From Patescibacteria group bacterium UBA3533 (GTDB lineage Bacteria > Patescibacteriota > Minisyncoccia > Phycocordibacterales > Phycocordibacteraceae), in the NCBI GenBank assembly GCA_002376865.1, contig DFOU01000011.1:16969-80968 (forward strand): DNA of 64,000 bases, in the 5' to 3' direction. Below, in pieces: positions 35,585-44,398 of the stretch. Under the pieces are notes generated by a model. It worked only from the letters and a program-made list of their open reading frames with translations, was not told where the DNA came from and ran no database searches. Every line of letters starts with the position of its first letter. Within the stretch, counting starts at the first letter, position 1. The translations under genes were made by a program, and so were the position numbers.

Positions 35585-36671
35585 CGTTAAATTCTCGAAG
35601 CGCAAGACCAATTGCTACGCTATAGCTTAGTGACTGCTCAAATTCAATTGGTGGCACTACCTCATTAAATGGCGCAAGATTCACAAAGGGATCCCCTGTC
35701 CTCACCGGCACACCAACAGATGCCATAAGGTACTCAGGAAGCCCGCGCAGACTTCCATTTCCTCCTGCAAGCACAATCATTTCAATTGGCTTTACTGACT
35801 TTTCATTTCTTGCCCTGTCTTGCCAGTATTCAAATCGCTTTGATACTTCATCGCGAAGTCCTGAAAGCGTTGTGAGTACTGATGAGAGGTACCCTACATT
35901 CCCCTCCTCTGGAATAATCCCTTTCTCTCGTTTAATAACTTTCGCCTCGTCCTCTGTTACGCCATAGAATTTCTGCACCGCTTGGGTTAGTGCATGCCCT
36001 CCAATATCAAGTGTGGTTGCAAAGAGTGGATGCTTTCCATCTTGAATGATCATGATCTTGGTTGTTGTCCTTCCAAAATCAACAATCATGCATGTTCCTG
36101 TATCTCCCTGTGAGAGCAGTGCTCGAGGGACTGCATTCATCTCGCTTTCCATTGCCTTTACCGTAATACCGCTTGCAGAGACTGCGTCACTGTACTCAGA
36201 AACTACACGCCGAGCGTACGCCACCCCTGTCACGTGCTGAATGTCTTTTTCTCGAGAGAGCCTGTCTGCACCAAAGCGCGCTTCAGATGCAGGAAGTGGC
36301 ACCTGCTCTGAAATGTTTTGAGCAACAGATGCGCGAAGCACCGCATCATCTGCTGTATAGGGAACTTTTGCTTGAAAGAGATATGACTTTTGCTCAGGGA
36401 GCGCAATGTTTGCAAAATGCACGCCGTGCTCTTTTTGAATTCTCTTTAAAACAGTCTGGAGTGTGCTTCGCTCTACAAGGTCTCCGTCGGTAATAACTCC
36501 TTTATTAAATCGGTACTTTCCAAATGCCTCAATAACCACTCCTTTTACTGAGCGGTTAAGTACAACAAACTTCACCCCACTTGCCGACATGTCGATACCA
36601 GCAGTTGGCATCTTCAAAAATCGTGGAGGCGGAAAAAGCGCGCGAAATGTTCGCGAAAGTCCTTGTGCCAT
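35577..36671 (-). CDS. pilM: type IV pilus assembly protein PilM (actin-like ATPase fold)
   Basis: 364 aa; FtsA/PilM-like pattern (AGIDMSASGVKFVVL...; MIVDFGRTTTKIMII). Confidence 0.75.
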   Translation of the reverse strand: MAQGLSRTFRALFPPPRFLKMPTAGIDMSASGVKFVVLNRSVKGVVIEAFGKYRFNKGVITDGDLVERSTLQTVLKRIQKEHGVHFANIALPEQKSYLFQAKVPYTADDAVLRASVAQNISEQVPLPASEARFGADRLSREKDIQHVTGVAYARRVVSEYSDAVSASGITVKAMESEMNAVPRALLSQGDTGTCMIVDFGRTTTKIMIIQDGKHPLFATTLDIGGHALTQAVQKFYGVTEDEAKVIKREKGIIPEEGNVGYLSSVLTTLSGLRDEVSKRFEYWQDRARNEKSVKPIEMIVLAGGNGSLRGLPEYLMASVGVPVRTGDPFVNLAPFNEVVPPIEFEQSLSYSVAIGLALREFNDD

Positions 36672-36710
36672 ACACGTAGTATACCGTCTCTTATCTACTT
36701 TCTTTCTTCT

Positions 36711-37340
36711 TTAGAGGACGAAGTGTACAAAAACACCTCCAAGGATTACCGCGGCAATAACTGCAACTAGTATCCCGATAGCTCCAAACATCTTAAGGCC
36801 TTTAAGCACCAGCCGTACACCATGGGGCCCTAGGTGCGCTACAAGGAATGCAATAATTCCGAATCGAATAATTCTCGCAAACACTACACCAAACAAAAAT
36901 GCACCGAAGTTAACTTTAAATACTCCTGCAGCAAGTAAAAATGGCACCCATGGAATTGGTGTTACTCCTACAAAAAGAATTCCCCATACTAGATTAAGAT
37001 CAAAGAGCTGCTGCACATTTGTAAATGCCTGCTCCCCCCCAACGAGAGCTAGCAAAATATTTCCAAACGTATCGAAAAAGAATGCACCAAGTATGTAGGT
37101 TATAACTGCACCAACTGCAGCAAAGAATGTCGCAAAGAGCGTATAGAAAATCCACTTACGAGGTTTTGCCAAGACAAGTGCTGCGATAACGATCTCTGGC
37201 GGGAAGAAAAGAATGATTGAATCAAGGACAGCAAATACCGCAAGCGCCGCTTTCGCAAGAAAACTATTCTCGCACCGCTCAAACCACTTCCACCACGCAG
37301 GAAGATCTTCTAATTGCTCGTCTTTGATTTCTGGTGTCAT
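36711..37340 (-). CDS. DedA/YqaA (SNARE-associated) family membrane protein
   Basis: LFFPPEIVIAALV motif and polytopic topology. Confidence 0.55.
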   Translation of the reverse strand: MTPEIKDEQLEDLPAWWKWFERCENSFLAKAALAVFAVLDSIILFFPPEIVIAALVLAKPRKWIFYTLFATFFAAVGAVITYILGAFFFDTFGNILLALVGGEQAFTNVQQLFDLNLVWGILFVGVTPIPWVPFLLAAGVFKVNFGAFLFGVVFARIIRFGIIAFLVAHLGPHGVRLVLKGLKMFGAIGILVAVIAAVILGGVFVHFVL

Positions 37341-37654
37341 CCTATTTTTGTACCAGGTGTTACGTCTGTTGTTGGAGAAATAAATGTTCCCTCATTTGGA
37401 ACCAAAATCATTCCATTACTTTCAAATCCTCGAATTGTTCGTGGCTCAAGATTTGTTACAAATGGAAACTGCTTCCCCACAAGCTCTTCTGGCTCTTCAA
37501 TTCTATCGCGAATACCTGAAATTATTTGTCTGTCCTCCTCTTCACCAAAATCTACTGTTAGCCGGACAAGCTTATCTGTATCTGGAACAAGCTCTGCACT
37601 TGTAACCGTACCAATGCTCATCTCTAACTTTCCAAAATCATCAATTGTTGCCAT
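37337..37654 (-). CDS. standalone tRNA-binding domain protein (CsaA/YgjH/EMAP-like)
   Basis: DFGKLEMSIGTVTSAELVPDTDKLVRLTVDFGEEEDRQIISG matches the Myf/EMAP OB-fold tRNA-binding domain. Confidence 0.75.
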   Translation of the reverse strand: MATIDDFGKLEMSIGTVTSAELVPDTDKLVRLTVDFGEEEDRQIISGIRDRIEEPEELVGKQFPFVTNLEPRTIRGFESNGMILVPNEGTFISPTTDVTPGTKIG

Positions 37655-38039
37655 GTCGCTCTAAATAACTCGTTAAAATAATTGCTGCTGCTATTGCGTC
37701 TGCTCTCTCGCTCTCCTTCCCCGCAAGTTTTTGTGCATCTTTTGCCTGCTTAGTTGTGTAGTACTCAGGTTCAAAATCAATTGTCACCCCAGCATTTACC
37801 CCAAGCTTCTCTGCAAAGTCTTTGAGCTCTTGTTGAATTGCATTCTCTTCTCCATCTAAATTCTTTGAATCTCCAAACACTACCGTTTGCACTCCTTCTT
37901 CTTCGATAAGTTTTGTAACCTCTTCAAGAAGAGCTGGCGTATTTGTTAATACTGTATGAGGGAACCCCATCTTTCCATCGTCATCTGAGAGAGCAAGCCC
38001 CACACACTTACTTCCATAATCAATTCCAAGATATCGCAT
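37641..38039 (-). CDS. ruvX: putative pre-16S rRNA nuclease / Holliday-junction resolvase-like YqgF
   Basis: MRYLGIDYGSKCVGLALSD N-terminal motif. Confidence 0.85.
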   Translation of the reverse strand: MRYLGIDYGSKCVGLALSDDDGKMGFPHTVLTNTPALLEEVTKLIEEEGVQTVVFGDSKNLDGEENAIQQELKDFAEKLGVNAGVTIDFEPEYYTTKQAKDAQKLAGKESERADAIAAAIILTSYLERHGNN

Positions 38040-38086
38040 ACATAGAGCATACCAGAGAGAATTTTCTATGCTATAGTCTCTGCCAT

Positions 38087-38392
38087 ATGGATTACACAGC
38101 AGTTATTGGATCAATCATCAGCGGAAATGCTGCTGAACTTGGTCTTATTGGAGGATTAGTAATTTTAGCACTAGTAGTTTGGACAATTGTTTGGAAAGGA
38201 CTTGCCCTATGGCACGCCGCAAAGAACGGACACAAAATTTGGTTCATTGCACTTCTTATTCTAAATACTGTTGGAATACTAGAAATCATTTACTACTTCT
38301 TCTTCCGAAAGAAAGGACAAAAAGGTCAGCAAATTGTTGAGGAAAATTTCCCGGCAAAAGAAGCTGAGGAAGAGCCAAAAGAAGCTCTATAA
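38087..38392 (+). CDS. small membrane protein (PLD_nuc_N-like, about 100 aa)
   Basis: Two TM helices with LWHAAKNGHKIWFIALLILNTVG; internal ATG chosen to avoid overlap with ruvX. Confidence 0.4.
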   Translation: MDYTAVIGSIISGNAAELGLIGGLVILALVVWTIVWKGLALWHAAKNGHKIWFIALLILNTVGILEIIYYFFFRKKGQKGQQIVEENFPAKEAEEEPKEAL

Positions 38393-38422
38393 CAAAAAGC
38401 GCCCATCTGGGCGCTTTTTGTT
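38393..38422 (+). terminator. bidirectional terminator (aaaaagcgccca / gggcgcttttt)
   Basis: Hairpin with flanking A/T runs between the 38087 gene and tRNA-Ser. Confidence 0.65.
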
Positions 38423-38427
38423 ATCTG

Positions 38428-38515
38428 CGGAGAGGGTGGGATTCGAACCCACGGACCCCGTAAAGGATCTCTTGTTTTCAAGACAAGTGCCTTAGACCAA
38501 CTCAGCCACCTCTCC
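38428..38515 (-). tRNA. tRNA-Ser (anticodon TGA), long variable arm
   Basis: GGAGAGG TG GCTGAGTTGGTCTAAGGC A CTTGT CTTGAAA ACAAG + variable arm + GTGGG TTCGAAT CCCAC CCTCTCC G. Confidence 0.8.
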
Positions 38516-38552
38516 CTGTCTATCCCCCTTAGGGCGACACTTTAGCACCTTT

Positions 38553-39005
38553 TTATACAGGAAACAAACCTTTTCCGAAGTGATGTGTAGCGTGACAATT
38601 TGGGCACAATAGTTCTAAATTAGATAATACATCTGTTCCGCCGCGATGCCGTTCCTTTTTGTGATGAACCTGGAGTATTGCGTAATTAGACATGTTACAG
38701 CGCTCACACACTCCACCTCTTTTTTGTGCCAATCTCTCTTTTAACAATGACCCTTGATACGCTTTGTTAAATTTACCTTCTTTAGTATACGAAATGCCAG
38801 TGCGTGACTTATTTGCACAGGTGCGCGAACAGGTCTTTTTTTGACCGACATAAACTCCTTTGCAGATTTTGCACTCTTTCTTTTTCTGCTGTCCAAGACC
38901 CATGCATTTTTGAGAGCAATATACGTTACCGTTTTTAATTTGTGTTGGCCTGCGATACATTCTCTCCTCGCACATAACACATTTGCAATTTGGTCTTCTT
39001 TTCAT
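38553..39005 (-). CDS. HNH endonuclease with Cys-rich zinc-ribbon repeats
   Basis: LQVHHKKERHRGGTDVLSNLELLCPNCHATHH, preceded by three CxxC...C repeats. Start at MKRRPNCKC; the upstream part of the ORF overlaps a plus-strand gene. Confidence 0.7.
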   Translation of the reverse strand: MKRRPNCKCVMCEERMYRRPTQIKNGNVYCSQKCMGLGQQKKKECKICKGVYVGQKKTCSRTCANKSRTGISYTKEGKFNKAYQGSLLKERLAQKRGGVCERCNMSNYAILQVHHKKERHRGGTDVLSNLELLCPNCHATHHFGKGLFPV

Positions 39006-39096
39006 ATTAAGTCTCTCTACCACTATACCACTTACTAAATGTTTTATTTGAACACTTCTGGGCAAATGTTCAAATGAAGATGCTATACTTTTTGCA

Positions 39097-39564
39097 ATGG
39101 ACAACAGCCCTCTATCTTGGAGAACAACAGAGAGGAATATCAAAGCCAGAAAACCTGACTGGTACTGGATCCTTGGAATTATTGCAGCAGCACTTGCTAT
39201 TGCTTCTATTCTTTTTGGAAACGTTCTCTTTGCAATTGTAATTGTCACAGGAGCAGTAGCGCTTGGCTTTGCTTCAGTTGGGGCTGCCAACGAATACACC
39301 ATTACGCTAACGAATCGAGGAGTGTTGATTGATTCAACACTCTTCCCATACGAAAATATTATCTCCTTCTGTATTCTTGAGTTTGAAAATGAAGATCCAG
39401 TACTTTCTCTTCGTACAAAAAGTATCTTTGCTCCACAGCTTTCTATTCCCCTTCCCGAAGGAATAGATCCTTATGAAGTATTTGATGTACTTGAGTACTA
39501 CGTACAAGAGGAAGAGCATCTAGATGGACTCTTCGAACGTTTTGTGGATTTTCTAGGATTTTAG
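39097..39564 (+). CDS. hypothetical membrane protein
   Basis: Two TM helices near the N-terminus; no recognised domain. Confidence 0.4.
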   Translation: MDNSPLSWRTTERNIKARKPDWYWILGIIAAALAIASILFGNVLFAIVIVTGAVALGFASVGAANEYTITLTNRGVLIDSTLFPYENIISFCILEFENEDPVLSLRTKSIFAPQLSIPLPEGIDPYEVFDVLEYYVQEEEHLDGLFERFVDFLGF

Positions 39565-39582
39565 TGTAATTTATTTGCTACT

Positions 39583-39654
39583 GCTCCCGTAGTTTAACGG
39601 ATAAAACATTGGCTTGCGGAGCCGACGCTCCAGGTTCGATTCCTGGCGGGAGCA
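39583..39654 (+). tRNA. tRNA-Arg (anticodon read as GCG)
   Basis: GCTCCCG TA GTTT AACGGATA AAAC A TTGGC TTGCGGA GCCGA CGCT CCAGG TTCGATT CCTGG CGGGAGC A. Backbone nearly identical to the tRNA-Arg(TCT) at 34110-34181. Confidence 0.7.
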
Positions 39655-39720
39655 CAAAGTATTTACATACAACCTTTTTCCTGTACCCTCTCTTTTAGAG
39701 AGAACATTGGAGTGAAGCTC

Positions 39721-40194
39721 ATGACAATTCAACATGTACATCTTCCTCTTGGAACTTTCAAGAGCCTTGAAGTACTAATCAATGCACTTAAAAAAGCCCA
39801 TGTGCCTATTGAGGCTGGTGCACACATGCTTCTAACAAATTTTGATTTCAAACTTGAGACAGAGGAACGTGCCGCAACCATTGCTATCGGACCCCTCTCA
39901 GACTTTGGAGTACAAGAAGACGTAACTCTTTTTGAATGCTTTAGGAAACTTGGGGAGAAAAATTACAAACCCTGTCCTCCTGAAGTTGGTCCGTTGCTTG
40001 CTTTGAAACGAGACCTTCCTCTCGACGTAAACAGTTTTGCTGTGGGCATGGAGCCTTTTTTGGCTCCCACAGACACGGAAGATATTTTCTATGTGAAATA
40101 CAATGGTGTATATAGGACACTTTCTTCTATGCAGGTAGGTGGAGAAACTTTCTTTACCCCGGCAGAAACAATAGCCATGATTGCCCCATCATGA
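39721..40194 (+). CDS. hypothetical protein
   Basis: GGAG then 9 nt then ATG; no recognised domain. Confidence 0.4.
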   Translation: MTIQHVHLPLGTFKSLEVLINALKKAHVPIEAGAHMLLTNFDFKLETEERAATIAIGPLSDFGVQEDVTLFECFRKLGEKNYKPCPPEVGPLLALKRDLPLDVNSFAVGMEPFLAPTDTEDIFYVKYNGVYRTLSSMQVGGETFFTPAETIAMIAPS

Positions 40195-40226
40195 TCTTAT
40201 GCGAAAAGCGCTTTCCAGCGCTTTTC

Positions 40227-40496
40227 TTATTTCCCCTCTTTCTTTGCGATAGCTCGAGCGAGCTGAGATTTCTTTCGTGAGGCAGTGTTTGGCTTAATGA
40301 TCCCTCGCTTTGCGGCTTTATCAATTGCCTTGTATGCAGTTGGAAGCTTTTCTTGTGCTCCTTTTACATCACCTGCTGTAATAAGCTCCTGTGTTTCCTT
40401 TACTTCATCCTTTAGAGTTCGGCTTCGGCGTACGTTAAACACTCGCTTTCTAAGCGATGCTCGGTGTGCCTTTTTTGCTCCTTCTGTAATTGCCAT
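40227..40496 (-). CDS. rpsT: 30S ribosomal protein S20
   Basis: Internal start MAITEGAKKAHRASLRKRVFNVRRSRTLK...; basic, 89 aa. Confidence 0.85.
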   Translation of the reverse strand: MAITEGAKKAHRASLRKRVFNVRRSRTLKDEVKETQELITAGDVKGAQEKLPTAYKAIDKAAKRGIIKPNTASRKKSQLARAIAKKEGK

Positions 40497-40556
40497 ATGT
40501 GAGCGCGATAATATAGGAGAAAGGCAACAAATGCAAGCGCGTGATACGATATATCC

Positions 40557-41114
40557 ATGATTAGAACGATTTCTGGGACGGTTCAGACAGTTAGTGACGA
40601 GCACGCAGTTATTGGCGTATTTGGCCTAGGCATTATGGTTCGCATGCCCAAAACCGACCTTCTCGCGCTCTCTAAAGGAGGTGAAGTTGCTCTCCACACC
40701 TACTTGGCCCTCCGAGAAAATGCAGCAGATTTATATGGCTTTGTTGCAGAAGATACGCTCCACTTCTTTGAGCTTCTCCTTACGGTCTCTGGTGTAGGTC
40801 CCCGCTCAGCTCTCGCTATTGCAGATCTTGCTCCTGTTGGAGTATTGGGAGATGCAATCCGTGCAAAAGATATCTCATACCTTACTCGCGTTGCGGGAGT
40901 TGGAAAGAAAATGGCAGAGAAAATTATCGTAGAGCTTAAAGACAAGGTTGAAGGAGATGGAGATGCAGAAGTAAGGGATGACGATACTGAAATATTAGAT
41001 ACACTAATAGCTCTTGGCTATAAGGAGCGTGAAGCAAAGAAAGCGCTCCACGCAATTCCAAATACTATCGTTGGGAAAGATGCCAGGCTTAAGGCAGCAT
41101 TAAAGCAATCATGA
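40557..41114 (+). CDS. ruvA: Holliday junction branch-migration protein RuvA
   Basis: MIRTISGTV...GGEVALHTYLALRENAADLYGF...LLLTVSGVGPRSALAI. Confidence 0.9.
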   Translation: MIRTISGTVQTVSDEHAVIGVFGLGIMVRMPKTDLLALSKGGEVALHTYLALRENAADLYGFVAEDTLHFFELLLTVSGVGPRSALAIADLAPVGVLGDAIRAKDISYLTRVAGVGKKMAEKIIVELKDKVEGDGDAEVRDDDTEILDTLIALGYKEREAKKALHAIPNTIVGKDARLKAALKQS

Positions 41115-42349
41115 TTTCAAAAATAAAATCACTCATCAGGAGCATTACTCCATCTTTTGTACTTTCGCTCTATCACCTTTCTCTTTCATTTATAAGTGCA
41201 GTATTAACCGGCTTCCCTGCAAAGAGCATGCAGGTGGTGCTTGTAACAGGAACAAAAGGAAAATCTACGGTTTCTGAATTGCTCTACACAATTTTAAAAG
41301 AGACTGATCACAAGACTGCTCTTATCAGCACCATCAAGTTTGCACTGCCTGAGGAAACTATTCCAAATAAACTAAAGATGACCATGCCGGGGCGCGGGCA
41401 AATTCACAGACTCTTGAAGCGTGCAAAAGATCAGGGAGCAACACATGCTGTTATTGAAGCTACGAGCGAGGGAGCAAAACTATTTAGACACACCTTCCTC
41501 TTCCCTTCTGTACTTGTCTTCACAAACCTACAGAAAGAGCATATTGAATCTCATGGTTCTTTTGAAAACTATAAAAATGCAAAGCTTCGATATGCAAAAG
41601 AAATCCGAAAAAATTCGGGAGCTATTGTTGCAAATGCAGATGATCCTCATGCGCAAGACTTCCTCTCATATGCAAAGGCACAAATTCCTTTCACTCAAGG
41701 AGAGCTAAAAGACTTGAGGACAGATGCAAAAGGAATTTCATTTACTTATGCAGGAGAAAACATTTCTCTTCCCTTGCCTGGAGTCTTTAATGGCCTTAAT
41801 GCACTTGCTGCACTTAAGGTTTCCGAGCTTCTAGGAATTAATACATCTGATGCAGCTGGGGCTATCCAGAAGATTGAAAAGGTGCGAGGGCGCGTAGAGT
41901 TTGTAGATGGAGGACAGGATTTTGCAGCAGTTGTAGATTATGCGCACACTCCAGATTCACTCGTTGCGCTCTATGGAGCTTTTAAAGACCAAAAAAAGAT
42001 CTGTATCTTAGGAAACACAGGAGGAGGAAGGGATACCTGGAAGCGCCCTCTTATGGGAGAGATTGCTGCAAAGCATTGCGATCATGTGATTCTTACCAAT
42101 GAAGATCCTTATGATGAGGATCCAGAGAAAATCATCTCTGAGATGTCAGAGAATATGACTCCTGCACCTACAGTTATTATGGATAGACGTGAGGCTATCG
42201 CATCGGCACTGAAGAAAGCTTCGAGGGGAGATGTTGTTCTGATCTCTGGAAAAGGAACAGATCCTTATATTATGGAAGCAAATGGCAAGAGAACAGAATG
42301 GGATGATGCGACTGTTGTGCGTGAAGAGCTTGCAAAGCTTACCGGTTAA
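41111..42349 (+). CDS. Mur ligase family protein (MurE-like, short)
   Basis: VVLVTGTKGKSTVSEL P-loop; DYAHTPDSL motif; 412 aa. Confidence 0.65.
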   Translation: MISKIKSLIRSITPSFVLSLYHLSLSFISAVLTGFPAKSMQVVLVTGTKGKSTVSELLYTILKETDHKTALISTIKFALPEETIPNKLKMTMPGRGQIHRLLKRAKDQGATHAVIEATSEGAKLFRHTFLFPSVLVFTNLQKEHIESHGSFENYKNAKLRYAKEIRKNSGAIVANADDPHAQDFLSYAKAQIPFTQGELKDLRTDAKGISFTYAGENISLPLPGVFNGLNALAALKVSELLGINTSDAAGAIQKIEKVRGRVEFVDGGQDFAAVVDYAHTPDSLVALYGAFKDQKKICILGNTGGGRDTWKRPLMGEIAAKHCDHVILTNEDPYDEDPEKIISEMSENMTPAPTVIMDRREAIASALKKASRGDVVLISGKGTDPYIMEANGKRTEWDDATVVREELAKLTG

Positions 42350-42367
42350 AACCTATAGTACATATAT

Positions 42368-43354
42368 ATGGCAGATGAAAGCGGAGGTGGAGGAGGAATT
42401 GGCGACGCCCTTTTCATAATTGGAATTTTTATTCTTCTCTTCTTCGTATGGGTTGCAACTGGCGGACCCAATAAGCCAATAGCATCTGGTGGATTTACTA
42501 TCACTTCTCCAAAACCTATTAGCACTGGTGAGGCTCGTGGAACTGGAGCGCTCCTAGGGTATAGAGCACCGAGCACTCCTCGAGTGAATACTCGCTCTTC
42601 TTCGGGGGGAGATGATTCAGAAACTGAAGAGCGTAAAAAACAAACAGAGGCAGAGAATGAACTTACTTCACTGGAGCGATCTATATATAGAGGAGACGTG
42701 ACACTTGTACGAAGTACTAGTGGTGCAAAGAAAACTGATCCACGAGAAGAGTATCTGAAGCTTAAGGTCTCATCTCGAGCAGAGAACCCTATTAGTATTT
42801 CAAATTGGAAACTAGTATCTGAGGTTACTGGAAAGAGTGAGGTGATTCCATTTGGAACAGAGCTTCCACTCTCTGGAATCATTACCGAGCGAGAAGCGCT
42901 CTACCTTGATCCGGGAGATGATGCATACATTATCTCTGGCCGCTCTCCTATTGGTGCATCCTTCCGTATAAATATGTGCATGGGATACTTTGCACAGTAC
43001 CAATCATTTACGCCAACTCTTAGAAAATCCTGCCCACTTCCTGAAGATGAGCTTAAAGCATTCTCGAGCATTGATCTAAATCGTGAAATAGCGTGTGAAG
43101 AATTTGTAGAGGACATTCCGCGATGCTCTATCGCAACAAGTATCCCCCCTACTGTTTCTGGATCTTGTAAAGGATTTGTTGAAACAAATATTAGTTACAA
43201 CGGATGTGTAAGAAATCACAAAAATGACGAGAAGTTCTTTGATGATGAGTGGCGCATCTATCTAGGAAGGTCTGGAGAACTGTGGAAGAAAGAGCGAGAA
43301 ACTATTCGACTGTATGATAGTGCTGGAAAGTTAGTAGATCAGATCTCATACTAG
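42368..43354 (+). CDS. membrane-anchored hypothetical protein with a possible lamin-tail-like (LTD) domain
   Basis: N-terminal TM; EYLKLKVSSRAENPISISNWKLVS resembles the LTD beta-sandwich core; Cys-rich C-terminus. Confidence 0.45.
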   Translation: MADESGGGGGIGDALFIIGIFILLFFVWVATGGPNKPIASGGFTITSPKPISTGEARGTGALLGYRAPSTPRVNTRSSSGGDDSETEERKKQTEAENELTSLERSIYRGDVTLVRSTSGAKKTDPREEYLKLKVSSRAENPISISNWKLVSEVTGKSEVIPFGTELPLSGIITEREALYLDPGDDAYIISGRSPIGASFRINMCMGYFAQYQSFTPTLRKSCPLPEDELKAFSSIDLNREIACEEFVEDIPRCSIATSIPPTVSGSCKGFVETNISYNGCVRNHKNDEKFFDDEWRIYLGRSGELWKKERETIRLYDSAGKLVDQISY

Positions 43355-43392
43355 TTGATATTCTCCTTACTTTGCGGTTATATAGGGGAATT

Positions 43393-43465
43393 CCGCCCAT
43401 AGCTCAGTTGGTAGAGCAGCTCCCTTTTAAGGAGAAGGTCCTAGGTTCGAGCCCTAGTGGGCGGA
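43393..43465 (+). tRNA. tRNA-Lys (anticodon TTT)
   Basis: CCGCCCA TA GCTC AGTTGGTA GAGC A GCTCC CTTTTAA GGAGA AGGTC CTAGG TTCGAGC CCTAG TGGGCGG A. Confidence 0.8.
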
Positions 43466-43477
43466 CAAGATATAAAA

Positions 43478-43502
43478 AAGAGGACATTAATCGTGTCCTC
43501 TT
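43478..43502 (+). terminator. terminator after tRNA-Lys (aagaggaca / tgtcctctt)
   Basis: Hairpin preceded by aaaaaa; the stop of the convergent 43487 gene lies within it. Confidence 0.5.
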
Positions 43503-43744
43503 ATAAGTTTTAGTGCTTCTTCTTCACTTATTTCTTCGTAGTCAAAACAATAGTCTGTCTCTTCAAACTTACAACAACGACATTTCCAATCTCTTTTCCA
43601 GGAAAAATATTGCCCTTTTGAATTCTTGAAGACATGAAGTCCATCATAATGACCACTACGTCGGAGACACGCAGAATCCTCATACTCTTCTAATTCAAAA
43701 TCGTGTTCCATCCGTGGAACTAGAAAGCCACAGCTCTCAACCAT
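43487..43744 (-). CDS. small Cys-rich hypothetical protein (85 aa)
   Basis: ORF-track ORF; CRCCK and CFDY motifs; no homology recognised. Confidence 0.35.
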   Translation of the reverse strand: MVESCGFLVPRMEHDFELEEYEDSACLRRSGHYDGLHVFKNSKGQYFSWKRDWKCRCCKFEETDYCFDYEEISEEEALKLIRGHD

Positions 43745-43777
43745 AACTGTCTCCTTTCTAGGAGAGAAGGTATCATA

Positions 43778-44398
43778 TTAAATTTTTAAAAGAAATAATT
43801 CCAACCCCTCTTCAAAATCCACCTCTCCTCTTCTAGCCTCATGATAGAAATCAATAAATCTTTTTGATTGCCGTGCTGCATTTTTATCCTTTGGAATATT
43901 CCTTCGAAGTTTTGAGTGGATAAATCCTGCAAGCATTTCAGGCTCTGCTCCTGCCTTTCGTTCTTTTTGATATTCTTTCCATAAAGAGAGTCCATCTCCT
44001 CTATCTATTGCATTCCAGATAGCAAAGTTTGGCTTGCTATCTTTTGCAGGAAGGTCGTATGAGAAAACTTTTGTGGCATTGGCTTCAATTGCTTTCTTTG
44101 CTTTAGCCAAAAGCTTCCCTTCTATAATTGCAAAAACATTGTCTGACTCTGCGAGACTTTTAATATGTTCGAGAATAAAATCTTCTTTGCTCTTACAAAG
44201 TCCATCAAGAGATATGAGCATTCGCTTTGCAAAGAGTGATTGTCCTCCAAGATTCTCCAATACTACTCCCTCATCAAATGTATCTTCAGTTAGTCGCAGG
44301 TATGTGAGAGAGGGATCTTTTGCACGCCCTGCCTCAATCCAAGCAGAAGCCTTTGCGCGAACTTTGTCCTGGTCTGTTCCTATAAATGCGTAGATCAT
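43778..44398 (-). CDS. holA: DNA polymerase III delta subunit-like (HolA-like, reduced)
   Basis: N-terminal MIYAFIGTDQDKV resembles the HolA start; ATGA overlap with the polA stop. Confidence 0.4.
   Translation of the reverse strand: MIYAFIGTDQDKVRAKASAWIEAGRAKDPSLTYLRLTEDTFDEGVVLENLGGQSLFAKRMLISLDGLCKSKEDFILEHIKSLAESDNVFAIIEGKLLAKAKKAIEANATKVFSYDLPAKDSKPNFAIWNAIDRGDGLSLWKEYQKERKAGAEPEMLAGFIHSKLRRNIPKDKNAARQSKRFIDFYHEARRGEVDFEEGLELFLLKI

Noticed and set aside
42346-43116. Minus-strand ORFs 42346-42882, 42812-43003 and 42901-43116 inside the 42368-43354 plus-strand gene
   Set aside because: They are antisense to a longer ORF that has a TM anchor and domain-like features. No RBS or terminator supports them.
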